Positions 23,690 through 37,000 of a DNA stretch of 64,000 nt are shown here, in pieces (position 1 is the first letter of the stretch; each line of letters begins with the position of its first letter). The notes under the pieces were generated by a model. The model was given only the letters and a program-made list of their open reading frames with translations, had not been told where the DNA came from and made no database searches. This DNA is from Glaucostegus cemiculus (lineage: Eukaryota): the NCBI GenBank assembly GCA_976551045.1, contig CDPCPM010000056.1:14570001-14634000 (forward strand). Direction: 5' to 3'. A program made the position numbers and the translations under genes.

Positions 23690-24610
23690 TGTGTCTACCC
23701 CGAAGAGAAGGCTCTGACCATCTACCCTATCTATGCCTCTCATAATTTTATATACTTCTATCAGGTCACCCCTCAGCCTCCAATGCCCCAGAGAAAACAA
23801 TTCAGGTTTATTCAACCTCTTCTTATAGCTAATACTCTAACCCAGGTAACATACTGACGATAATATAAATTAGTTATAATCTGGGATTTATGTATGTTAT
23901 GTAAGAATATTTCAAGGCTAGAACATAGAACAGTGCAGCACAGGAACAGAACCTTCAGCCCATGATATTCATGCTGACCATAACAATAAACTAATCCCAT
24001 CTGCCCTGATATGGACTATATCTTACCATTCCCTGCCTGTTCATGTGCCTATCCAAATGCTGATTATCATATCTGCTTTTACCACCTCCTGTACAACGTA
24101 TTCAAGGCACTGACCACTCTCTGCGTAAATAAAAAAAACTTCCCTATAAATGTCCTTTTAACTTTCACCCCCTCACTTTAAACTTACGCCCTCTAGTATT
24201 TCACATTTCTATCCTGAAGAAAAGGCTCTGACCATCTACCCTATCTATGCCTCTCATCATTTTATATATCTCTATCAGGTTGCCCCGTCAGCCTCCAGTG
24301 CCCCAGAGAAAACAATTCCAGTTTATCCAACCTCTTCTTATAGCCAATACTCTAATCCAGGTAACATCCTGGCGAACCTCTTCTGCAACCTTTCCAAAGG
24401 CTTCATATCCCTCCTGCAATGTATTGACGAGATATGCACACAGTATTCCAAATGTGGCCTAACCAAAGTTTTATACAGTTACAGCCCAACCCTCATCAAT
24501 CATCTTTCTCATCGCCTCCAAAAATATAACTGGATCAAATTCGTAAGACGTGACCTCCCCTGTACAAAGCCTTGCTGATTATCCCTAATAAGTTCATACC
24601 TTGTCAAATG
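23690..24610 (-). mobile_element. CR1 LINE fragments, including a locally duplicated piece of about 145 bp
   Basis: Tail complement tagaacatagaacag near 23920; 23704-23851 closely matches 24218-24367. Confidence 0.75.
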
Positions 24611-25093
24611 TTAGATTTCAGCAGTGGTTTTTTTTCCTGGAGTTTGAGTAGGCAAAATTTGGAAAAAAGTTACTGTTTTAGACAGTAGGTGTGGGTTCAC
24701 TATAAATATTCAAAATGGTTATGGATGAGTAGCAGCTCATACTTCAATATATCAAAAGAAGGAGGGGAATTGGGCAAAAAATCTCACTGCCATTGTTCTC
24801 TGGGACTCATTTTGACTGCCATTAAGAGTCAGGGAGGAACTTTCTGGATTCTTTCCCCCTAAATTGGATTTTTTTCCCCTCCAGATTTTTGGTAGTTCCA
24901 GCAGGTTTAGATGGCTGCTGCTGGGTAAGAGGGAAGTGAGGATTTGTGATGTGTAGTTGGACCATAACGGTATGGGGCAGGATTGATAGGCTTGCTGGTC
25001 CTTTCCATTCTGCCAGTTTCATACGATCTTGTGGTCGATTATAAATGATAGATTGGATTAAATGTGGTTCATGCCTTATGGCCTGTTTTACAG

Positions 25094-25403
25094 ATCTCGC
25101 TAGACGAAAACAAAGTAATACCTGAGAGAACGGTAGTAGCAGCAACAATTGATGGAGCATGTCTCGCATCAGCTGAACAACTGGAGGAGAGCGTGGAGGG
25201 GAAGACCTGTCTCTCTGCCACACAGCCTGACCAACAGGACCAAGGATTTACAGTGATCAAGTCTGAGGGAATCCTCACCAGCCCACCCCTCCTGCAGTCA
25301 AGCCCAGGACCTGAGAAAATTCAAGTGACAAATCCACCATCGCAGACATCTTCTGCTGTGAGTCTTGCCGAATCTGTGCAGTCCATTACACCAGGCAGTA
25401 CAG
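25094..25403 (+). CDS. SZT2: SZT2 exon 12 (low-complexity linker): ISLDENKVIPER...SITPGST
   Basis: ttacag| acceptor, G|gtatgt donor; 310 nt open; phase 0 to 1 is needed to join exons 11 and 13. Confidence 0.83.
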
Positions 25404-25619
25404 GTATGTCATTCTTTTCATCTAATTCATAGGATAAACTTGGCAGGCACAATACATGACCATTAAGTTGCAGAGGAGGTTGCTACAGCTTGAATCCCAG
25501 TGTTGTCAGTCAGTGAGAACACAGATTTGAAATTGGAGGAGAGGTTAGTTATTAGTGACAGATGGAAGTTGAAGCTTGAATGTCTGTATTTCTATTACCA
25601 GTCAACTTGAATGCTCCTG

Positions 25620-26018
25620 TCCCAGAGCGGCGGAGGCTGAGGGGTGACCTTATGGAGGTATATACAATCATGATTGGCTTGCTTAAGGTGAATGGTCACA
25701 GTCTTTTATTCCAGGGTAGGGAAATCTAAAACGAGAGGTCATAGATTTAAGATGAAAGAGGAAAGATTTAAAGAGTACCTGAGAAGCAAGTTTTTCCACA
25801 GAAGATGGTGGGTCTGTGGAACAAGTTGCCAGAGGCAGTGGTAGAGGTGGGTACAATTACAACATTTAAAAGAGATTCAGACAGGTACATGGACAGGAAA
25901 GGTTTAAAGATATCTGGCCAAACTCAGATAAATGTGACTAGCTGAAGTAAGCAACTTGGTTGGCATGGATGAGTTGGGCCGAAGGGCCTGTTTCCTTGCT
26001 GTATAATTTTGACTCTAT
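25620..26018 (+). mobile_element. CR1 LINE 3' end fragment
   Basis: cggaggctgaggggtgacctt..gggccgaagggcctgtttccttgctgt..gactcta. Confidence 0.8.
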
Positions 26019-26289
26019 TATTCACAAGTTTTATGGGATTTGGGAATACTGTCACATAAACCACCGTAGGTGCATTTTGATTGATTTTCCATTGGCTCTT
26101 GAGTATTTGTTAAGTGGTGGATGTCTACGAGCTGGCAAAATTTGGTAACCATTTCATTGGGTGCAAGGCTTTGAGGGTGAGAATTCAGGATAGCAGCATT
26201 TATTTCAAAAGGAATCTTTTTCTTAAAATGGAGAAATGTGCTGCTGGACATGTACCTTGAATAGATAATGTATAAATAAACTTTTCATA

Positions 26290-26470
26290 ATCCTGTATTG
26301 CACTGTGTATGTTTTGTACTGTGTATTCTGCCAAGTGTGTATGTGTCTCTCTGTTGGTTGTTATGTTATTCTTTTCTATGAGACGTGTTCCTGTGGAGGA
26401 CGGCATCTCGCTCCTATGCGTACCATGTATGTATATGGTTGTGACAATAAAACTGATTCTGATTCTGATC
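26290..26470 (+). mobile_element. LINE 3' UTR fragment ending gtgacaataaa plus (TTCTGA)n, probably Rex-Babar-type
   Basis: AATAAA followed by a microsatellite tail; resembles the gtgacaataataaa tail at 29180. Confidence 0.45.
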
Positions 26471-26966
26471 AGATAAATTAAGTATGTGCTAATTTTCATG
26501 GTATGCTGCAGTCTCATTTATTTTGTTGGATAATTGCTGTTGATTATATGGTTGATATTTTCTCTTTCTGAGTCCCCAAATCTGTTGTTATTCTCTCTTT
26601 TGACATTGGTAATAATCTGACCCCAGCCAGCAAGGGCTATCCGCCACTTGAACTTTTGCTCATTGTTGGGAGAGCTTTGGGAGTTTGTGAGTTATTGTAT
26701 AGATGAACTGTCAATCAGAGGAAAAATTACATTGCTTTTCGGATCACATAAGAGCTGGAGTCAAATCGTTATATTTGCAGCAATCTTAATCTCTAACCAT
26801 TTCAGGACATTGTATTTTCCTCCACTGCCCCCCTTACTGTTGTGTATCTTCTGCTAATGCTGTGGAATTATTCTCTTCTATTTCCCCTCTCTTTTAACTT
26901 TTGTTTGCCTGTCCCTGTGTACCTTTACGCAATTCTTGACACTATCTTTTATCTCTATACCCACAG

Positions 26967-27041
26967 GTTATTGCAAGCATAGACCAAGCAGAGTACAGAG
27001 TGTGGTCTCTAGTCAGGGCAGCTTGGATTCTGATCTTTTAG
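26967..27041 (+). CDS. SZT2: SZT2 exon 13: GYCKHRPSRVQSVVSSQGSLDSDLL
   Basis: ccacag| acceptor, G|gtgaga donor; phase 1 to 1; SSQGSxDSD motif. Confidence 0.9.
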   Translation, partial: VIASIDQAEYRVWSLVRAAWILIF

Positions 27042-27178
27042 GTGAGATTTTTCTGTAACCTTTTCTTTTAAACCACAAATATTTTATTTAATTATAGCCT
27101 GTACATGGAGAAAATGGTGAAAAAGTACAAAAAAATGATGGTAAATATGGATGTTACATTAGAGGCAGTGATACTTTT

Positions 27179-27847
27179 CTCTGTCTGCTGCAACAGCCAG
27201 GACCTCCACTGGTGGCCATCCACTTCAATCCACGTTCCGCTCCCATACTGACATGTGGATGGTCTCTTCTATTGCCACATTGAGACCAGACACAGGCTGG
27301 AGGAACAACACCTCATATTCTGCCTTGGGGATCTCCAGCGTTGATTTCTCTAACTTCCAGTAGCCCCACCCCTTCTTTTTCTTCCCCCCCCCCCCACCCC
27401 ACCCCCTTGTCTTCCCTTAGTCCTGTGGGTCCCTTCCCCTTGCCTTGATGAACTGCCCATCTCCTCTCCTCTGCTCCTCCGTCCTTTATTTCATGGTCCA
27501 CTGCTCTTTCCTACCAGATTCCTCCTTCTTTAGCTCTTTGCCTCTTCTACCCATCACCTCTCAGTTTATTACACCTTCCCACCCCCTCTTCCACCCACCT
27601 ACCTTCCCCCCTCACCTGGATTCGCCTGTTACCTAAACTCACCTGTCCCCTGCCTGTATGTGCTCCTCCTCCTCCCCCCGCCTTCTTATTCTGGCTTCTG
27701 CCCTCTTCCTTTCCTGATGAAAGGTTTCGGCCTGAAACATCAACTGCTTATTTCTCTCCATAGATGCTGCCTGACCTGCTGAGTTCCTCCAGCACTTTTT
27801 GTGCATTGCTCCAGATTCCAGCATCTGCAGAAATTCTTGTGTCTCCA
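27179..27847 (+). mobile_element. 5'-truncated Penelope-like element: GIY-YIG C-terminal remnant, 3' UTR and pLTR with hammerhead core; 10-bp TSD
   Basis: Degenerate LVAIHFN..SHTDM..GLFYCHIETRHRLEEQHLIFCLG; CTGATGA(27714)-AGGT TTCG GCCT-GAAA(27734); TSD TGATACTTTT at 27169-27178 and 27848-27857. Confidence 0.8.
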
Positions 27848-28860
27848 TGATACTTTTTAACTTGCTTTGTGTCCATTTTAGGATAACGGATGCATGGATT
27901 TATAAACATATTTAATCAATCCAGCAGACTTAATGCCCTCATTGTGCTAAATGAAATGATTCTAGTTTACTTATTTTCTCATGTAACCCTCTCATTTGAA
28001 TTTTTTTCTTGATGGTTAATGTTTCAGTAACCTTGCCACCTCAGGCATCACATTTCCACTATTAATTCTGAATATACCATCGTCCTTTGTTCCCGAAGAA
28101 CATTTTCTCTTTTTTTTGCTATATCCCACTCATATTCCTGCTTCGTTAGGTCTTCTCAATTTTTTTGGCACCCTTGGCTTGAACTAGTTCATTACATTCC
28201 TGGTGATTCTTTTCAAAATTTGACACGCTACAGAAAAGGGGCAAGTAATCATCTTGGTTTTATTCCTCACAATACAGATGGTGGCAGACACCTTTTTTTA
28301 AACCAAGTTGGCTTTCTTAGATTTGAGTCAGTAATCTCCAAGAAGCTCAAAGCAAATCCAGTTTTCAGTGTTGAGCATTTGTATGCTAATTGATAAGAGC
28401 CATTGTCACACTTTGTGTCTAAAGGCATGCCAGCTGGTTTGCATTTTCGCTGAGCTTTTCACCTTTGACAGCTGAAAACTGCATGGCTTTTAACATTCTT
28501 GAGCTGTGTTGCTTGCTTGAATAAAAAGCTTCATTCTCCTTTTCTGTACATTGAATTAGGCTTCTTTACTTTTAAGTCAGCAGCGACTTTGAGGTTACCC
28601 AATAATAATCGGAGGCACAGAGCCTTTGTCTCGTGTTGCTTAACATTGAATGAGTAGTTTGTGCCTCGGGGAAGAATGTGATGACTGAGAATGGGCAAGG
28701 CTAAGTGTTGTACTGAATACCAAACAACATTTTTGTACTGTGGAGACAAGCAAAGGGTAGATAGTTGGGACAATGGCTAATACTTGACTGTTGCAGTTTG
28801 ATCTATAAAGAAATAATTTTGCTGTAAAAGAAGAGGAACAGAATGTAGAACAAAAAAGTT

Positions 28861-29207
28861 TCTTGTTCCATCGGGTAGAAGATACAGGGTCCTGAGGGCA
28901 TGTACCACCAGACTTAAGGACAGCTTTTTTCCCACTGTGATAAGACTATTGAATGGTTCCCTTATACAATGAGATGGTCTGTGACCTCACATTCTACCTT
29001 GTGTGACCTTGCACCTTATTGCACTGCACTTTCTCTGTAGCTGTGACACTTTATTCTGTACTGTTACTGTTTTTACTGTACTACAATGTACTTTGTACTA
29101 ACTATATAACTGCACTGTGTAATGAATTGACCTGTACAATCGGTTTGTAAGACAAGCTTTTCACTGTACCTCGGTACAAGTGACAATAATAAACCAATAC
29201 CAATACC
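28861..29207 (+). mobile_element. Rex-Babar LINE 3' end
   Basis: ccatcgggtagaagatacagg..accagacttaaggacagc (PSGRRYR..TRLKDSF), tail tttcactgtacctcggtacaagtgacaataataaa(CCAATA)n. Confidence 0.8.
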
Positions 29208-32114
29208 AAGTTATCCTGCTGCTGTTCAGAGTATTATTCATGCTGTACCTGGAACCCAATCTGTACTTTTTGAAATTTTCATTGGGGGAGTGATGTAGCT
29301 GAGTTAGGAAAGATGCCTAGGGATTATATTAGGTGACTAAGGATTAAAATATAAGGATTGACTCTCTGAATTTATGAGGAAAGGACTGATGGGTATAAGT
29401 GGAAAGAATTTGCATTAATAGACCTTCAAAGATATGGAGGATCAGTAGGAAGTTCAAAAGGCTCTTAGTTAGGCACATGAATGTAAGAAAAATAGAGGAT
29501 TATGGGCTGTGCAGGAAGCAAGAGTTAGATGAAACATGGAGTACATGTTTATATACGTTGGTACAGCATTGTGGGCTGAAGGGCCCGTACTGTGCTGTAC
29601 TGTTCTATGTTCTGTGTTGACATTGATGCTGGTATGTGAAAGCATTAAAAAAAAGAACATAAAGATGAGTTGAAAATACTATTAGTCTATCAGCACTATA
29701 TTGCATTATCAACCTGGATTTTATTATTGCCTCACTTGCATGGGATTTAAACCCAGAACCTTTAGAAGTGCCATTTCTGCCTCTGACCCATGGCCGCCAT
29801 CAGGATAACGTATCTGGAGATAAATTTTTCATGAGAGAAATTGTACACTACATTTTTAATGAAATCTGTTTAAATACTATTATATTTAGAAATTAATTCT
29901 AACTATAGACTGAAATCCAGAAGTTCCAAAATGTTAGTGATATCTCCAATAATGATTCAGGAATCAAAATTAATTTTATACACTTAGTTTTCATCTATTT
30001 GAAGTCTCTGATGCAAACTCACTTTTTCTTCTATAAATAGAACTGATGCATTGTTTGTTCTGTCCTCAAGTTTAATTTGTGAGAAATGCATCAATAATGT
30101 AAGCCCCTGTTTTCACACAGCACGTGTATGTGCGTTTTTGGGCAAGTTTTTCAGGTTGTGTTTGAATGAAGCTGTTCATCCAAATATACTGTGGTTAATT
30201 AATATAAAGTGAATTGTTATTTTCATGTTATGGGATTCTAATGGAACTTCATTTCTAATTTGTTTTTGTTTGTTTAGCTCCCATGTTAAAAGTAGGATTT
30301 GAAGAAAAATGATTTTTATTCCAAAATAGGTTTTTTCACTAAAATATTATTGAAACTAAAAAACTAAAAATTCACTAGAACTCTTGCTCACCAGAGTTTC
30401 AGGATTGTACGTTATAGAATGTTGAAATGGATCAGTGCATTCTCTTCCATACTGCATTCATAGCTATGTTTACATGACTGGTTTGTTTCCAGGTGGAGGT
30501 CAGACATTTACCCACAAAAAGATGTGGAGTAAAGAATGCAAAAATTGTAAAACCTTGTAAAACCCGTAAAACTAATGTAAATAATGAGAGAATTTGAACA
30601 TCTAAAACCGAAGAAAATTATAGAAATACATAATGGCCCTGATCTCACCAGTAGACTTCTGTAAACCATTAAATGTTAATTGGTCTTGGACTTCTGCGCT
30701 GTCAAACATGCAATTCCCGAACTACTGACAAATTTGGAATGCTGAATCAGTTCGCTGTGCCTTGGGAGTCTGTGGGAAGTCCAGTGAGCGGAGCTCAGTC
30801 TGCCTGATGTTCTCTAGCATTTACAATGGAGAATCCCCTTTTGAATACTGTACTAGGTTAGATCTGTTTTCACATGAATTGTAGTGCTTTGGATAAAGTG
30901 ACAAAGGAGAAAGTTAATCTATTTTGGCTTAGTTTAACATTTTTACATAATTATGGTTTTGGCGAATGGCTTATTTTTAAATTATTTTAAATTTTTTGAA
31001 TTTCTCCTTTATTCTGTTAACTTCTTAGTTCTTATAGCTAGCAAAACTGGGTGGTTGAGGAGGAAAAACTATCAAAGCTTTCAGTGGATTTTGAGGCAGC
31101 ACACCAGTGGAGGCTGTGCAGCTGTGTATCCCATGCTGCTGGACACTGGATAGTTTCGGATCTGCAAGGTCAACCCTCCAATCTGACCTTGTTAAGTATA
31201 AGCTTAGTCAGTTGCGAGCTGGCTGATTGGACCATCAGCATATGGTTGAATAAATAATTGATCATTTTTACATAGAAAAGATATTTTTTATTTGCTTTAA
31301 AAATAGAGAAATTAGTAACATCCTATTTACCCCTGATCTGTTCCAACATTTTCTCTTGATCTATTTGTAGTGTTGAACCTGGGAGGACTCTACTTCTTAA
31401 TAACACCCAATTGTATCTTAAGTCATGATTAAACTACAGCTGGAATATTCTGTCCATTTTTATCATAATTCTGGTTGTTTTCCTAGGAGTAAAGATAGTT
31501 GAAAAGAGATTGTTCAAGGTAGAGGAGTACATGACTGGTTTATTCAAGGTAGATAGAGGGAAGCTGTTCCTATCAGAGAGCTTGATGACTTAGGGATTTG
31601 GGTTTAAAATTTTTGTTCAAGACATGAAAGGCAGATGTGAGGCAAATCTTTTCATTCAGAGAGCTGTTATGATCTGGACTTCACTGCTTGTAGAAATAGT
31701 GAGATACAGTAGAGAAGTCTGTGCCACCACCCATCCATTTACACTAATCCTATATCACCCTCTTAATTATTCCCACATTCAGGAGTGGTGAATATAGAAT
31801 TAGTGTTTTCAAAAGGGAAATGGGAAGAGAATAATTAAATAAGAATAATTTGCAGCACTTTGGGGGAGTCAAAGAGCAGTGGACTGAGACTGGCAGCTTT
31901 GATGGACTGTCAGCCTCCTGTGCCATACCAGTCCTTTGATTCCTGATTTCCCTGTTCAGAAGAGCAGAAAGTGCTATACCATAGCTTGGTCAGCATCAAA
32001 CAAGATCCAAACCTCTAAACAACTGCAGGTAATGGAAAGTTGGTTGCAAACTCACTTCAAGCCCATACTACAGAAACTAGTGCTTTCTGGTTGGGAAACC
32101 AGAAGCCTACAGTG

Positions 32115-32380
32115 CATAGCATTAAAGCAAGAGATGGGAAGTTTAAAGGAGATTTATGTGGAAATATTTTTTTACACAGAGTAGTAGTTCCTGGAAGGTG
32201 GTGCCAAGGGTGATGTTGGGAGCAGAAACGATGGGAGCATTTAAGAGATATTTAGGCCAACATGTGAACAGGCAAAGAATTGAGGGATATAGACCATGTG
32301 CAGGCAGATGTGCAGTTTAACTTATCATCATGGTCAGCACAGACATGGGCTGATGGGCGTGTTCCTGTGCTATGCTACTT
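32115..32380 (+). mobile_element. CR1 LINE 3' end fragment (old)
   Basis: Homologous to the other CR1 3' ends; ends gggctgatgggcgtgttcctgtgct. Confidence 0.6.
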
Positions 32381-33391
32381 TGTGTACTTAAACACCAAAT
32401 GAAACAGGGCTTTCAGTCCTCACCTTACAGACCCAACAGCCAAGGGTTTCCCTCAGCTATGTGTAATAATCTGAGAGAATTGTATCTTTCCAGAAAGATT
32501 AAGGCAAGCTGTTTGGAAAATTTATGCTTCCGGCTGAGCTGCATGTTAAATATTAGAATTGTTACCTTTGTTATGATGCTGTGTTAGTAAAAACAAAAAT
32601 TATTTATTATGTAAATATGTGACAAATGAGGTCTAGATGATCAACTGCCATAAACAAAGTGATGCTATCTTTTTCCTCCTGTGCTGTTGGATGCTGAGCA
32701 TTTATAAGCTTAGCTTTTATTTTGCACTTGTATGTATCTTGTTCCCTTCTGCTCTTGCTTTTGTCAAAGGGAGTACAACCCACCTAAGGTCAGTCCTTAT
32801 GTTCTATTGTGCTGTGGCTTTCTTTTTCTTTAATAATTGCCCATTTATGGGTTATTGTTAAACACCAGACATTTTCAATATTTTGTTTGTTTTTTGAGCC
32901 CTGTACCTCTTGAAAGAAGCCCTTTATGCTGAGGTATACTTCTGTGAGAGATGGTCACAATAACTTGCCCCACCCCCAGAAACTGTAAGTCATTCTGAAC
33001 CTGTACCCTGGCTGCAGAGAAGTCAGGCATGTGACTCCTGTTCTTTACTGGATAGTCAACACAGACAATAGCACTTTCTATCTTTTGCCCTTTCTGTTGG
33101 ATGGATGTTAAGACTAACTTGAACCTCAGATGAGATGCTCTAGTTAGGGCCAGTTTGGGAATTAGTCTTGTGACTTTGTTGGTCTCTCTGGTCCATTGAA
33201 ACATTATCCTGTGTATTTGTTCACCCAGCTTTCTGGAGAAAGGACTCCCCTTAATTTTTGGATTGAAAGGTTAAGTTTGATGCTTCACTGATTTATAGAG
33301 GTCATTATCTAATAATACTGTTTATCAGTTTAAGCAATGATGTCAGTTCCTAAAGTCATGGCCGTTAATTCGGTTTTCTGGGCTGTTACAG

Positions 33392-33530
33392 GTTACGATG
33401 GAGGTAGCAGTGACTCTGAGTGTGAAGGCGCCACGATGAATGAGCAGGACCCCAGATGCCCATTGATGCCTGAATTTTGGCTGATCATCCAAATTCATCA
33501 AGATCGAGTTGAAGTTTATTCTCATACACG
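33392..33530 (+). CDS. SZT2: SZT2 exon 14: GYDGGSSDSECEG...PEFWLIIQIHQDRVEVYSHT
   Basis: ttacag| acceptor, CG|gtgaga donor; phase 1 to 2. Confidence 0.94.
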
Positions 33531-33907
33531 GTGAGAATAAGATGTCATCCTAATAATGGGACATACCTACTCCATGTCTAGGTGGTTGGGAAGTTCAGGA
33601 AGAATTGTATCATAATCTCTAAAGGAAATAATGTCCATTGATATCTGGAGGTTACCTTGATACAGTGATATCTTTACATTGATACCTATCAGTTAAGGAG
33701 GTTAAATGATTCATCATTATGTCACTTATTGTCCAACACATGAGCTCAGTAGATGTTCTACGAAATCAAATTGTGCTACCATTTGTTAATTGCATTTAAA
33801 TTCAAACATTTTTATTAATTTGTCATCCCACCTCCTCTTTGGGTTCTCTATGGCATGAAATGAAAATGCACAAACTCTAATGTTAAAAAAAAATTGTATT
33901 TTTCTAG

Positions 33908-34025
33908 AAATCTTATTGGGATAAAAGATGAAGCTGCAGCTGAAAAAGAAGAAGAACTCGAGTACTTGCACCTCCATCGAACAGTAGTCAAAAAAATTGG
34001 CGAGATTTGTCGTGTAGTCAATCAG
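33908..34025 (+). CDS. SZT2: SZT2 exon 15: RNLIGIKDEAAAEKEEELEYLHLHRTVVKKIGEICRVVNQ
   Basis: ttctag| acceptor, CAG|gtaatc donor; phase 2 to 0; GEICRxVNQ motif. Confidence 0.93.
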
Positions 34026-37000
34026 GTAATCATGGGTATGAGGTTGAAGATTATTTTAAATTTTGGAATTGAGATTTTGGCCTCTTATTAATCTGAAGGG
34101 AGCTTCCAGCAAGGGACAGAAATTGCAAAGGGAGCTAACTCAGAAGGTTTTGCATCATGAAGTATGTCTGACACACGTCCCCATGATATAGTTTCAGCTG
34201 TTTTTATAAGAATTTGAAATTGTGGTTCATTATGTAATGTACACAGAGCAAGAGCCACATAGGTTCAATAATGCATTGCTACAATTCTTGTTAGGTGCAG
34301 TCCGGAGCAGGAGGGGTGCACACTTCCTTGGTCATCACAGAAATTAATCTACAGATCTTACAAAAGAGACATAGCTGGAGGCAGCTGAGGAATGAGAAAC
34401 CAGAGTACATTGCCTCAGTGTTGCAGGAAGAGCTCTAATGAGCTAATTGGGTCTGAATAGTGAATCCATTAGCTGATTCACCTTTTCCCTCATGTTTTAA
34501 GCCCCCCTTCACACTTCTTTGCCAAACTGAATCCCATCACATCACTGCTCGCATCCATTCACTCAGGCACTCATCATTTTCATGCACTCTTTTTACCTCT
34601 CCATTTGGTTATCCACTGTTGCTACTTACTCTAGCACTTGGGCAGTGTAATTCATGTATCCCATGGTTTTAAGTGAATGCACCTCATTGATCAAGTGAAT
34701 AATTGACTTTCACTTGCACATTTATGAGGGAGAAGAGAAAGCTGGAAGTAGATCCTATAAATAGTCCAGCACAAAGAGGAAGGGGGCTTGGTTTGAATAA
34801 AGGAAAGTAAGATTTCTTTGACAAAACAACATTTACATTGAAATGGTTGCGGCCTTTGGTGAGCAGGGACCTCTGGAGAACAAACAGTGGTGCAGAAATG
34901 GAACTGAGGAAATATTGGATTAAAAACTGAAATTGAAAAACTGAAGTGTGAACAGCCAGAGTACAGTACCCCAGTCTTGCAGTTGGAATTAATAAGAATT
35001 TTTAAGTGGTTGAAGTGGTTGGAAGTCTTATAGGTCTTTGTTCTGGGATTGCTTCTGTTCAGTGGTGATATTAAAGATATAGGAAAAAAATTGCATTTGT
35101 ACATTACATAAATGGTGTCAAATCATTCTGACTGCAGCCAGCTCAGGAAATCAGCCCTGGCAAATGATCCATTTGTCATTCTCCTTCTGCATTTCTGTAC
35201 AGCTGACCGCAAGACCTTCAGGATGCCTCTACCGGAGTGCTGGCTGTTTGTAATTGGTAGCAAAGGTAATGAAGGAGACTGTGACTTCCCTAGCCACTGA
35301 AAATGATAATGCCGATCTGCCAGGTACATTAGGTAGCAGGCTTTCTTCCAGGAGTTTGCAAATGTCTGCTGCATTTAGATGTGAAAAGAGCCTGCAGGAG
35401 TACCACGAATGCGAATCTAACATGGATCTGCCTTCTATGATCGAGATCTTCCACTACCCACCTCCTTCCTTTTGCACCACATCATTGCTGCTTCGATCTT
35501 CTTCTTCTGGCTTGCTGTCAGTCATCAAAATTTAGAAGGTGCTCTTTTAGATATTTGCCAGATGGAACCAAAGCACTATCAGCAATAAATGACCTTCATA
35601 TTTGGATGGGACAATCGCCAATGATGGTACACATCCGAACTACAGCTTAACTGATCAGGCAAATGGAAACAAAGTGTCTCAAGTCCTAGAAACCTGAACA
35701 GTGGCATTAAATTCAAACAATGTTTAATTTTGGAACATGTCATTTAGAAAGTTAATTGCTGTGATAATGCCCCATGTGCCTACAATAATTAAAGCTCCAA
35801 ATCTGACCATTCCTTGCTTGTATCCAAGAGAATCCAGACCTCAGTAGTTGTGGTTACAGCTGAAAAATCAATTTTTATCAACAAACTTCCTTGTCTTCCC
35901 ATCACTAACCACCAGTTATTTGGATTTAAATTTTCCCCTTTTATTTTGAAGTACTTTCGTTATTATTACATTAGGATTTAAAGATGATAATCATGAGTCT
36001 CAAATCTATACCTTGGTTCTTTGGTTATAAATGCCCCTTTAAGTTTCTGTATTGTCTTTAGAAGTAATCATATTGTCTTACAAATTTATTATCCCTATTG
36101 ATCTATATGCAGTAAGAATCTGAAATTCCAAAGCATAAAAACTTTGCTTGTGGGCTCTTCCCTAGCCTTGATCTGTTCCAATATTCCCGTGTTAATCTCT
36201 TTTCACCATCTTTTCTAGGCAATTTGTAAATTTCTCTTTGTCAAAAACAGTTATTAATATTTTTAACCAAAACATACCAGCTCTCATTAATTGGCACTCT
36301 GATGCTGAATTTTACTATCTTATTGATGTTGTTCTGTGGCTCTTTATGATCTTATAAATAACTTGATGTGTCTCCTGTTTTAGTGTAATCTGCAAAACTG
36401 AAGAATAAAGTGGAATACTGTGGGATATTGGGGTTTCAGGCCCATGGGATATTAAAAGCAGGACCTGTACTAGGTTAGGTTATATAAATAAAAATATCAT
36501 GTAGTTCTGGATATTTTGTTCAAATTTACATTGAATGTGGAAGTTGCAATCTAACAGCAAACCTGTTTAAGTTGTCTTAAGACTGAGTTGGGTGTACTTT
36601 GTGCCTCTAATTGGATGAGAAAGCACTTTTGGAGCAGCATGAGATTGCAAAAGGTAAATATACAAATGCAAGTTCTTTTATATCCAAAGTGAATAGAATC
36701 AATTCCAGACTACAGCCCTGTGGAACACCATTATCAACTTCCATCCACTTGAGAATTTCTTTTTAATTCCAACTCTCTACTTCCTTCATATAAGTTTTAA
36801 TCCAATTTCTCCTCTGCCACTATTTTAGTACCACTTAATGTTCTCCAGTGGTCCCCTGTGTTAAATCTCGTCGAAGGCTTTCTGGAAGTGCTGCTACAAC
36901 ACCTTCAGCATAAATGTTGTTTTATCAAAGAAGTCTTATTTTCTCTTCTGCAAACAAGTTGGCAGCATTTAATTGCTTTCTCTTCTGCAGGATCTTTTGT

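Noticed and set aside
35254-35535. 93-aa ORF as an independent small gene
   Set aside because: Non-ATG start, no recognisable domain, and it overlaps probable degraded RTE sequence.
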